Below are positions 1 to 11,696 of a DNA stretch of 64,000 nt, one piece after another. The position numbers were made by a program, and so were the translations under genes. Origin of the DNA: Thalia democratica (Eukaryota); NCBI GenBank assembly GCA_965202585.1, contig OZ241829.1:64728001-64792000 (forward strand). The letters run 5' to 3'. The notes under the pieces were generated by a model. The model was not told the DNA's origin. It searched no databases and saw nothing but the letters and a program-made list of their open reading frames with translations. The first letter of the stretch is position 1. Every line of letters begins with the position of its first letter.

Positions 1-102
1 TCTTAATAAAATTTGAACAGTTTTTCAAATATTTGTAATCTTTTCTGCACCCCCGCTAAACACCACGCTACTGACTGCCAACTAGCGGTTTTAAACTTAC
101 AG

Positions 103-3100
103 ATAGTGGAAGACCTGCAGTCCTACTCTCCCACCCAACCCGAGGACGGGCTGCAAGGTTTCTGGCGGTGGTTTTTCGTCGGGGACACCACAGTGGTGTC
201 CGAGCTGTTCGATCAGGCCGGGTTAATAGTGCTCACCGACGCCAATTACCCCAGAAGACCGGACGATTTTCGTTAGTTTTGAATTTTGCATGCTTTTGAT
301 TTGTACTTGTAACTGTTTGTTAAGTTGAGCTTTTGTATTTGGTGACCTTTGCCTTCTGCCTCCGATGCAACTTTTGTGCGAAACTCAGTTGCAAAATATA
401 AGCGAGTGTATTGGCAAAGTTTGAATAATACAGTGAGTTTTAAAGTCACTAAACATTTATTACGTGTTAAGCTGTCGAATACGGTGACGATTTCGTAATG
501 ATTCTGGCCGAAGCGTCAACAGATGAGAAAGCGGTGACGGAGTTCACGGGAAGCGTCCGGAACGTCCATCTAGACGTGTGGATCCACTTCCAAGCCAACC
601 TCGGGTAAATTTCACACACGGGCATACCAAGTCGTTCCTCTGTTTGAATGATTCGGTTTTTGTGTTCTTTTTGGGAATTGTGAATGTTATCCTTTATTAA
701 CTTGAAGCGATCTTATTAAAATGTAAATTTTTTACCTGAAATAAAACAGACAAAAAAAAGAATAATATTCAACAAAGCTCGACTTTTTATGCCTGAATTT
801 TATTTCGTTTTCATTGTTTTATTTAAATGCAACAAGTTTATTTTGAATTCTTTTAATAAAAAAGTATTAAAATCTTATGGTCTAATGCAATAAGATTTCA
901 AAAGTAAACTAAAAAACAACTTAATCTATATATAAGCCGTACTTTGTGTTGAAGTCCGACCGAACGCCATTCATTACTTCAGATAGCTTTTTTTAACAAA
1001 AAAAATGTTTCTCTGGGGCTGCCGGATACCAATATGTTTGTTTGCTAACAGAACTATTTATTTTTCACGAGCCAAAAAGTTGCATCTTCAGGCAGAACGC
1101 AACCAAAAACGTTCTGTTGAGAACTGATGTTTTTTATAAAAGCTGTAGAATTTTCAAAAAAAACTCTGCAAATGGACGCCTTTTTTTTCTTGAAACATTA
1201 AACGCTAATTATGACGTCATAACAAAATTCAACACTTTGCAGCAATGCTTAGAGGTCAGCCCCTTCCTGCAGCTGATGACGGAGGAATAACCGAAACGGA
1301 AGTTAGTAAAAATTTTCCCGAAGTTTGGCTTTGGTTGGACTTAAACGCAGGGTACGCAAAACATTTTCTCAAATAGTTTTCAACTGTTTTTTTTTCAACT
1401 TTGATGCTTACGTGCTTGTCAAAGTTTAATTACTAAAAGTTCTGAAGCAGTTTTTAGTTACTCGTTTTTTTTGATTGAAATAAAGCTTGCTATAAGTTTA
1501 ATGAATTAGGTTCCAGTTTTTGAAAAAAAATTGAAAACTTAAATATCTTTAAAATAAAGTTTCTAAGTATAATGAAGTTTTGAAATAAACAGAAAAATTT
1601 AAGTTAAAAAACGAGTGACCTAATTTGATCAAAACAAATAATTTTTATTTTAAATGATTCTTCTACCGATAGGTTTGTTCTTTAGTTCCATAAAGACCTA
1701 AATAGTTTTTTTTATGTTAACCCACGGCGGGTAACTTCTTTTGTCCGTTGGTAATATGTGCAAAAATTTTTTTGCGAGATTATTAAACAAAAACTTATTG
1801 TTGGCTGTGTATAATTGTACTTAAAACGATGCTTTTCAACCACTAAGTTTAAACAAAGTAGTCATAAAATTTGCATCAAAGTCAGTTAATTTTTTACAGG
1901 TTTTTTTAACTAAAAAATCAGTCTTAGGCCGGATAAGTTTAGCTAGTTGGTAGGTTGCCCACCCTTGATGTAGACTAATTACTTTAGTATTTCTCAAAAA
2001 CCAAACAAGATAACGGTAAGCATGCAAACCAACAGAAAAAGCGACACGTACACCTTCAACTACAAAAACGCGCCCGCGTCTGTCACAACTTACAACATCA
2101 ACTGTTTCGCCTTGGACACTGTCAATGGGCTCGGAATTGCTGATGAGACCAGGGTTCGTTTTGATTTTTTTTTTTGCGGGAAGATTGTTGTTAAATAGTG
2201 ATAAATTTTTTTATATTAAAGTTTTTTTTCAAAAAAAAAATGTTACATTAAAAAATCACTTCATTTGTTTTGGTATAAAAATAACTTGGTTATAGTATAT
2301 ATATATATATATTGCTTGATTTAAAGTCTAGTGTTAAACAAAGAAGTAAATTACATGTTTTGTTGCTATGAATTTTGGATCAGCATTATTGTTTTTTAAT
2401 GTATTGGTATAAGTTTAAGGTAATGTAGTAAAGTAGTTGAAATAAATGTATTAATCTTTTAATTATTTTATAATTTGTAATACAGACACGACGTATTTTT
2501 TTTAAAACAAGCATATTAGTAATACATTTAAATAGTAGTATTTAATAAAAGTCATTAAAATACTTAACTAATTAATTATTTTCAGATCACATTGTTCAGA
2601 GATTTTTTTGTAACGCTGAATCTTCCATTAAACGTGAAAAGAAATGAAGTTATAATTGTTCAAGCTATCGTGTTCAACTACCTGTCTTCAAATCAATTTG
2701 TATATATGCACTTATATTATTAGCTAAGTTTATTTATCCATCTTATTTTATTTTTTTTGCTTGTCAAATGTTCATTTCATGCTCTTTTAACTATACCAAT
2801 GTTTATTGAGTATGTCAAAAGTACTTGTCACTTACAAAAATTTTTTATTGACCGAATTACTTTGAGTACTGTTCGCTGTGAGATCTGTGGTTTTCACTTT
2901 TTCATTTTACAACCCTCACTTCAGATTTTATGAGTTTTTAGCAATGTTGCCAAAAAAAAACTTAAACAAAAACGTTAAATTTCAAGCAAAAATGCAGCAG
3001 CGCGTTTCAAAAAGTCTTCGCTGAAAGGTAATTTCCCCTCGCAGGTGAGAGTGACGCTGGCGGAGTCGGAGGACTACGAGGTGGTGGAAGAGGTTGAGGG

Positions 3101-6100
3101 GGAGGGAAGCAGCAACATCAGGGAGGTGAACGTGAAAAGCCAGGAGTCGCAGGCGGCCTCCATACCCGTCAGGCTGCTCAGACACGGCGATATTGATATC
3201 GAGGTTGTGGCTGAAGGAACTTCGAAGGCGGACGCCGTCAGAAACACTCTCGTCGTGAAGGTTAGGGCTTTCGCGCTTTTAGAAATACTGTTTCAGCTAG
3301 TGTTCTACCGGATCTAATTATCCGGGTTCATAATTGGCCAGATATTGACTTATTAGATCCGGATCCGGCCGGATATCATTTTGAAAAAAAAAAAGATCCG
3401 GATCCGGTAGATCACTAGTTTCAACCTTGAAATTTTGTAGTAAATTAAAGCTTGCTTTTGTAAAGAACGGTTTGAATCCAATGAGCCATCAAGCTTTGTA
3501 TTTTTTTAATCAAAATTAGTTTCCTGCAATTTTAAGATACTTTTTGTTATCATATTAAAAAATTGTTACAATATTAAGTATGTATTTTCAGCCGGGAGGT
3601 ATCAGAGTGTGCAATACGGAATCAGTTATTTTAGACGCTGAAGATGTATCAAATCACACTTTTCAGGTTGAATTTCCCGAAACAGGGTTTGTTCCTGAAT
3701 CGAAATCGCTCCAGTTATTGATCTATGGTGAGATTTTTAATATTATTTTATTTAAATTTTTTCAATGTGTATTTAATATTTATATATTAAGATAACTTGA
3801 AAAACATAAATTGTTTTAAAAAATACACCTTTAGCTATTTTAAGTTGAAAGCACTTTATATTTTAATTCTAACTGTAACTTTAGAATTAACTAACTAACT
3901 GTAATGTAGGTGAAAACGTCATATTCAAATAGAAAGAATTGAATTGTTTTAATAAAACTTGCTCTTTGAAAAATTTATTAATTTACTGTCTGAAGAAATA
4001 GCTCACGTTTTTCTTGGACACTTATAAAAAACGCTATAACCATTTTAAACATTATTAAACAATCACAAATACGTAACACCATTATAAAAATTATTAAACA
4101 ATCAAAAATACGTAACACCGTTATGACGTCACAACAGGCGACATACTGGCAAGCACGCTGGACAACCTGGGCAACCTGATCAGGGAGCCGCGGGGGTGCG
4201 GGGAGCAGAACATGATAAACTTCGCTCCGGACGTCTTCGTGGCCTTGTACCTCCAGCACACCGATCAGCTGGACGGCGAGACTTCCGCCAAGGTGTACCA
4301 GCACATCGTCACCGGATTCCAGAACCAGCTCAAGTTTGTTGTTGTGTTTGTGAGGTTATGTGTTCGAAGCACAGTGTGGTTTTTCAAGTTTCGTGTAGAC
4401 TATTTTTGAAAACATATTTTGTTTTAGCAAAAACTTTATATAACGTAAAAAGTTAGCAGAAAGTATTTTTACTTCTGGCCCGATTAACCTAGGCTCTCTC
4501 TAGTTTATCACATTATAAATAATTTTGATCTTCCTAGTTACTAACAGTTTTGTGATCTTGCTAATAAATTTTCGCTGTATCGCTTGCTCATTACGACTAG
4601 TATCATTTACATTATTAAGTCATCCGCTCAAATGTTTTATGCCGTCATATTGCAGTTACAAACGAGACGACGGTTCTTACAGCGCGTTCGGGTCACGTGA
4701 CGAGTCAGGCTCGCTATGGTTGACCGCGTTCGTGGCCAAATGCTTCGTTTACACGTCGCAGGTCAGGAGCGAGCTGGTGCTGCAGCTGAAAGGTCACGTG
4801 ACGGACGCGTTCCGCTTCGTTGCGGCCAATCAAAACGAAGATGGCAGTTTCAATGACCCCGGCAGAGTCATTCACAAATCCATGCAGGTTGTTAGCTTCG
4901 TTTATTGGTTCGGTTTTAAACCGATTTAAATTCTTAAAATGCAACTATAAAAGTATTTTCTATGTTACAACTTTGTTTTGAAGTATATTCTGTGATATTC
5001 TTTTTTAGATTTTACTTTGTTTATGTATTATAAGTTTAAGCTATTTCAAATTTTCTCATCATAGCATTATACTGTAGAAATTTGTTAATGAACATTATCT
5101 TTGATTTTTAAGTATTTTCTTAAAATAATTTTGCTTAGATTTAACTCTGTAACTTTTTTTAAATGCTGTAGTGTTAGTTAATTGCCAATGAATAGATAAG
5201 TAAAACCCCAAAATACAGTAAGCAATTTTAAACAGGGCGGAGTCAACAGCAAATTAACACTGACAGCTTATATATTGATATCGATGACTGAAAATGAGTT
5301 TGATCGCAACATAGATGTTAGTTCATTGAGTTTTGTTAAATATGTTTACTTTTGCATTTATTTATAGTGAAAAAGAGTGTGCGTATTTAAGTAAGCTTGA
5401 GCGTTAAAGATTAGTTGTGAGTAGTCATAAAATTTGAGTTTTCTGTTCAAAAATGTGACAGTTTCTAAATTATAGTCCGCATTGTGCAAAGTTATTTTAT
5501 CACTTTTATTGTAGAAACAACTAGTTTAATTTTTAGTTAAAATATTAATACAGGAAACAGTTATAGAAAAAGCCAGGAGTTATGTGGAATCCAATTTAGA
5601 CAGTATTAGTACAGACATATATGTGTTACCATTAGTTACTTATGCGTTACATACTAGTAACAGTGATATGAAAGACCAAGCGTTTGATTTGATGAAAGAT
5701 TTTAAAATTGATGGTTAATAAAATGTTGTATTGAAAAACAATTTACGCTTTAAGTAGTTTTAATTCCTATGCTAAATTTTATTAAAAATACAATAGTTAC
5801 TTTTTGTTGGTCAAATTCGGTTTAAAATATTTTTTAAATTGTAAAAAAGCTGGTTTTATACTATTTAGGTAAAAATAAAGTATGTAATAAAATAACAGAT
5901 TGGATAAAAATACTTCTAAAAAGAAATAACGGGTGTTTTTTAAAATATTTCTGTAGTTTTTTTTCAGATAGTAGTTTTTAACTTTAAGTGTACATATTTT
6001 ATAATAAGAACTTTTGTTCTTCTATATATGCAGTACAATTTAGCATTAACTGTTTATACAGTTATTTAAAACAATAATAAAACTAAAAAACTTACTTTCA

Positions 6101-9100
6101 ATTTTAGCGCCCTTTTTATAATTCAAGATTACATAAGTTCTAAAATGTATGAATTAAGAGCTTAAACTATTAAAATGTTTTCTGTTTAACGATTGTCACT
6201 TTAGCTGACACTGTTTCTCCTAAAAGGATCTTCAGAGCTTTTTGGACAATAATAAAATAACACGAAGCACACAAATATATATAATAAAATCAAGTAATGA
6301 GAAAGTAAAACTGTTTGTGTGCTTCCTGTTATTTTATTGTTACTTAGAAAGCTCTGAAGATCCTTTTAGCAGAAACAGTGTCAGCTAAAGTGACAATCGT
6401 TGAATAGAAAATTATTTTATTAGTTTACGATTATAGAAACAAGTTCCTGAAGCTGTTTTTAAGCAAAAGATAACTAAAAAAAAATCAATATACACCAAGA
6501 CATAAAACTTTGGTGTTTTTATTTTCTTTTTAGTTTTATTTTTTCCAATAGATTCACTAGCATGTACTGGATTTTAATAATAACGATTTTAGGTTTGTTA
6601 CCATCAGCATTTGTTACGGAGTCGATTTCTTACAGGCTGCTAACACACGTGTTTAGAAATGATTTGTCAGGGGCTTTCCCTGTTTTGAGAACATTGGCAG
6701 GGATGAGAAACAGCATTGGTGGCTACTACAGCACCCAAGTTCGAAACATTTTGTTTGTTGAAATATATGCAGGTTTTTTAGCTCTTAAAATAACTACGCC
6801 TTGAAAAGTTTCAAATCTTGATGTTTAGTAAACCTGATCTGTGATGTAATTTTTGTAAAACTCTATTTTAGCAACTTTAATTTTACTAAATTTAAAATCC
6901 AAAAGATGAGATGGCTTGCATTTTATTGTGATCAGAAATTACTTATTTGTTTTTGTCTAGCTATTGTTTATGTTCGGTTTAAACTGAATACTTTTCAAAG
7001 GGATCATTAAAAACCAGGGTTTCCCGAACTCATTTTCATAATCGCACACTTGATAGACATTTAAAACTAGTTGCCTCCTATTAGATAATGACCCTTTACT
7101 TATTGATTCCTTTTTTTTCGCCCATTTCCAGTTATTGCCTCCTGATAGCAGAAATCTTCCCCGAATAGACGGTCGTTGTTGCCCACTTTGGGATACCCTG
7201 GATTGTAGATGTCAATTATTTTTTTTTTGTTTTCTGTGTATGCTTTTTACTTTAAATGCTTAAGAATAAAAATAACAGTTTTATGAAGCAAAATTTAAAT
7301 ATATATAACATGTTTTCATCTTAGCTTATAATTATTTATCATGTTAATTTTAAATTTTATTTTAAAAGTTTATATATCACAACAACTGTTGTAATGAACT
7401 ATTTTGATGGAAAACGAACTGTCAAAAGTTAATTAAGTCGAACTAACTTGGTACTTGTGTCCCAAACTTTTTGTAAAATTTTTGCATATAGAGATTTTTA
7501 TATTATGTTACTTACCAAATGGTAAATTAAAAAAAAATTATACAAACCGTACTATAAAACTTTTTTTATAGAGCGTTTAGTTTAAGCTTTTTATAACATG
7601 GAGATACCTAAGAAAATTATACTAAATTTCCACGTTTTTTTTGTTTATTAACACTTTATACTAAATCATCATTTTGACTTTATAATAACAACAACTAGCA
7701 TACATTATTTTAATCAACTAGTTGATGACTTCTAGCTTTTATCTTAAAAAATTATTATTTATGTACCAACACCAAACTAGGATACCGTTGTGGCAATACA
7801 GGCCATGTCAGCGGTTGCCGAACTAGTTTACGAAAGTGAAAAGAACTTGAACGTTTTTGCTGCACTAGATGGAACAGATGAACAAACAGCAAAAATTGAC
7901 AACACAAATTCAGTTGTTATTCGTCATCTTAAAGTTTGTCGACAATAAACGTTTTTTATGTAAACTAAATAAATTGTTGTTTTTTAGTTGTTTTTATGGT
8001 ATTGTACAGTTAAATTGGATTGCTTTTTAAAAAATGTACTTTGAATTATATTCTAATATAATCAAACAACTCAAAGTTATTTTATTTTAAATAAAAAATC
8101 ATCACAAAAGTATGAAATAAAATTTATTATGAGGAGGTTGTTAAAAATTGCAAAAACAAGTTTTTAGCTTTTGTTTAGATCAACAATAAATTAAACATAT
8201 AATCATAGAGTATTTTTAAAACATTTTTTTAACTTTACAGAAATTTTTAAATATTATTAATACGATCTTCATCTTTTTTTTGATAGTCTGAGATACAACA
8301 AATCTTTTTATTGAAAACGTTATTTCACGTGGGACACTTGTTGTTATTATCTCTATCAAAATCCATATAAAACCAATAGACCTTTAAAAATAAATTCATT
8401 ATGCAAAACTAATAAAACTATATTATTTTTTCTTAGTTTATAATTATTCATCACGTCGTTTTTTAATTGCGCAACAAAGTACACTTTAATATTTTCAAAG
8501 TTTCCCGCGCAAAACGGCGAGCTGGCAGTGAGAGTGGAAGGGACCGGCCTGATGGTGGCGCAAGTGATCCAATGTCACCACGCCGAAGACGTCGCCGCTG
8601 AGAGGCGCAAGAGATCGGTTGGAGGGGATTCCCCGTTTGCGTGCACGAACGTCGTCAAGTCGGAGCAGCGAGGCAACAGTCTCATGACGTTTTGCTGCAA
8701 GTTGGTTCTTTTTATTTTCAGGGGTTTCACAATTGAGTTTCTTGTGGTTTGCATGGGTAAAGTATTAGATAAGCAAAATTGAGAAAACTTTTTCGAAAAA
8801 CGTACATAAGACTTGTGTAATGAATGTCATTATTTTTGTTTTTGTTTGTTTTTGAACTTTATCATTTAAAAGCACAGTTTGTATGAAGCATTAATATAGT
8901 AGTTTTTACACAAAATCGTTTTAAAACTTTAACTTTTTTTAAACCACACTGTTAAGTAACTTTATAAGGAAATAGCATTTAAGATCAAAATTGTCTACTT
9001 TTGTTCACATATGCTACTTGAATAACACTGTTCCTGGAAAATAAATGCAACTGAGCAAATTTGACGTTGAAGGTTGAAATCCGGCGAGGAAGCAACTGGA

Positions 9101-10350
9101 ATGTTCATCTACGAAGTTGAACTTCCCAACGGATTCACCGTGCAAATTGATAATGAAATTGAAAATAACAAGGTGGCTAAAAAAGTCGAGCTTCACGAAA
9201 ACTCCATTGTATTTTACCACGACGAAGTAAGAATTTGTGCATGTATGTATTAGTACACAGACATGTGTGTTACACATTTTTAGTACTTGTTATTTTCAAC
9301 AGTAGTTTATACAGTGTGTACTTGTCACGTCAGTATGAACTAAAATTTTCCATTATACATAGAAATTAAATTGAATAATAGTTTGTTTAAGTATCTTTGT
9401 TTCCTAATTTGAATTCGTTTGATATTCTTCATTAAATTTTAGCGCAGTTTCTACTACATATGATAAATAAACAATCTATATTTAAATGTGTGTACAGGTG
9501 TTTTTATGGTGTTCACACATTTCAAAGTAGAACAATACTCTTTTAAGTATAAATCAAATTCTTAAAACTTTTAGACCAATCTGTTAAAAATGTATACGAA
9601 AAATATGCGCTAAAATTTAATCAAGTTTCATAAAAGCTTATTGACTTCCAAGCTTATAGTAAGTGATTATCATTCCACAGTTAACAAAAAAGGAGTTATG
9701 CTCTAATATGGAAATAATAAGAGATGAAAAAGTTACTGACATTCAACCATCAGTGATAAGGGCTTATGAATATTACAGACCTGGTTAGAAAATTTAACTA
9801 CACATAATTTACTGCAAAAACAAGTAACATGTTTTAAATCTAAGATGCTTTCCTTTCTGTTTTGCTTAGGTTATTTTATATACTTTTTAGAAAGTATACG
9901 AGGTAATAAAAAAATTACAGTCAATCTTAGTTTTGTTTAACTCTACTTTTTAATTTTTAACAGATTTGGTTCAATTTATTTAAAATTTATACACATTTAA
10001 GTTATTTTAAAAGTAGTTAATACGTATAAGGAGATTGTAAGTAATCAAAATAGTATAAAAAGTAAACACAGTTTTTGTAATTATTTACTTTCCCAATTCA
10101 ACCAGAAAGAATACATTTGAGCAATTACGAGTTGTCAGAGGAAGTTTCGAAAATGTCGGTTTGCCAGATATGCGGTCAGGACTGTGAGAAATGCGCCAAA
10201 TTGGTCGATACCGAGGAAGACAAGGGCCCGGTTGTCATTGACAACGAGATAAAAGACGAAAAGAGTTCCGCCAGTGGCGTCACAATGCAGAGACTCGTCG
10301 TCATAATCATCATAATACTGATTGTTTTGATGATGTTGATTGCACATTGA
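103..10350 (+). CDS. CD109: CD109-like thioester-containing protein, copy 1 (3' part; gene begins upstream of the window)
   Basis: Exons 103-271, alternative 472-604 or 1243-1351, 2036-2153, 2586-2699, 3045-3260, 3592-3727, 4138-4333 (GCGEQ at 4194-4208), 4656-4887 (His codon 4873-4875), 5236-5316, 5554-5713, 6593-6738, 7781-7933, 8501-8700 (RRKR 8603-8614), 9073-9226, 9681-9783, 10106-10350. Phases are consistent and no premature stop was seen in these exons. Confidence 0.9.
472..604 (+). CDS. TEP bait-region alternative exon A (copy 2: 47385-47517)
   Basis: AG/GT-bounded, enters in phase 1 and exits in phase 2; encodes (P)VEYGDDFVMILAEASTDEKAVTEFTGSVRNVHLDVWIHFQANL(G); elevated GC; identical in both copies as read. 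Confidence 0.7.
1243..1351 (+). CDS. TEP bait-region alternative exon B (copy 2: 48149-48257)
   Basis: Acceptor actttgcag, donor gtacgc; phase 1 in, phase 2 out; encodes (P)MLRGQPLPAADDGGITETEV[S/R]KNFPEVWLWLDLNA(G), carrying the TEP family VRKxFPETWLW motif. Confidence 0.8.
3298..3417. mobile_element. Small hAT-type MITE (copy 2: 50202-50321)
   Basis: TIRs tagtgttctaccggatc / gatccggtagatcacta; 8-bp TSD gtttcagc / gtttcaac (7/8 match); internal ggatcc repeats. Confidence 0.75.
6178..6411. mobile_element. Fold-back MITE with ~100-bp inverted arms (copy 2: ~53460-53695)
   Basis: aacgattgtcactttagctgacactgtttctcctaaaaggatcttcagagctt is matched by its near-perfect reverse complement at ~6350-6401. 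Confidence 0.7.
7015..7200. mobile_element. Short hAT-like MITE with imperfect TIRs (copy 2: 54296-54481)
   Basis: cagggtttcccg ... ttgggataccctg; no TSD recognisable. Confidence 0.45.
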
Positions 10351-11386
10351 AAATTTTTATTTTTTATTTTTAATATTTTTACAGTTTTTTTTTTACTTTT
10401 CTTATTTCTTTTATTTAATTTATTTAATTTTCTTATAATTAATAATTTCTGAATTATCTAATTTATTTTTATGCTAATAGATTACTATTTCAATACATAT
10501 ATTTGTTATACATGAAATTAAATTAAATACCTTTATTCATCGGTATTATTTTATTTAGATTATTGTTGTTCTCTTCTTGATAAACTATTATCTAAAAATT
10601 AAATTCTTTATTCTGAAACCTTGAATGTTTGATTTTATTCATTAACTTGAAATTATTATTAAATAACGACAAAATTTATTTGCCACTTAAAAATATAAAT
10701 TTTAACATAGATTTTCTTATCTAAATAAAAAATGTTAAATTTATTAGTTACTACTTTGCTTACTAGTGTAATAGCAACAGATATAAAAATGATACTTATT
10801 GTAGGTGGTACTTCCTAAAATTTGTTCATAATTTAAGAGTTATTTAAGAATTATATTTTGCAGCAGGGTTTGCAATTTCCTTAACTTAATAGATAAGTAC
10901 TTTCAGCTTAGTATATTAAACGTTGCTATTTATTGTTTAGTTTGTTCAATACACATTTTAATAGCAGCACTATGCTGTAAAATCCACAAATTTCATTACA
11001 AGTTGCTGTCCAAAACAATTTTAAAGGTTTATAATTTTTAGACCATTTGAACATTACTAACCCTAGCTTTTAAATCTATCAAATAATTTAATTATTAAAA
11101 CTTCAAATATATTTTGAAAATATTTTACCGAAATAAATAAAGTACTGAATACGTAATTAATAAAATACAAAAAACGAGCAGTTTTACTTAAACTTATTAA
11201 AAACGAGCATGTTTAAATGATAAGTAATGAATAGTTGAAAAACTAATAAATAAATAAATCAAAGGCTCTTCAATACTAATTATATTTATCATCAATCAAA
11301 AATGTGATGCACTTGTGAAATAACAATTACGTTTTAGAAAGGAACAGAACACACAATTGTAAAAGTAACAACTACATGCACTTTTT

Positions 11387-11696
11387 TTATGCAACATTGC
11401 AGTAGCACCCCTTGGGCACGAGAACAGTGGTGTGTTGCGACATTCCGCTGAAGTACTCCGAAGTGAATATAGGAGTCGACTTCACTTGCACGGAATCCGG
11501 CTTGCTTATGCTGAAGTTTTCCAAGTTGCACTTTGGGTTTCGGCACTTGGCTGCCTGGAAGTTTTCGTCCAAACCGTCGCATCTGACCGTGTACATGTCC
11601 CACGCTGCGAGCGCTTTTGGCTTGGAGTGGCCGGGTGTTACCACGGGTTGTCCCCTTCTTATTTGAACCTTGCACTTGTAGTTATCCAAAAAATCT
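11387..11696 (-). CDS. IL-17-like cystine-knot cytokine, terminal coding exon, copy 1
   Basis: After acceptor ttttcag: DFLDNYKCKVQIRRGQPVVTPGHSKPKALAAWDMYTVRCDGLDENFQAAKCRNPKC...STPIF...VLVPKGCYCNVA*. It shows IL-17 hallmarks: RSLSPW-like KALAAW, AxCxxxxC, SxPI and VxxGCxC. The upstream signal-peptide exon is not confidently located. Confidence 0.65.

Noticed and set aside
328-406. Possible third bait-region exon (PFVFGDLCLLPPMQ...)
   Set aside because: Phases fit, but the GAG acceptor and the donor are weak and there is no VR...W motif; it would need RNA evidence.
1272-1300. Hammerhead-like string ctgatgacggaggaataaccgaaac
   Set aside because: It lies inside TEP exon B and is explained by codons for ADDGGITET; stem II is out of register with the canonical core.
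2982-4944. Minus-strand ORFs at 2982, 3978 and 4714 and the alternative + frame at 4196
   Set aside because: Antisense or off-frame shadows of GC-rich TEP exons.
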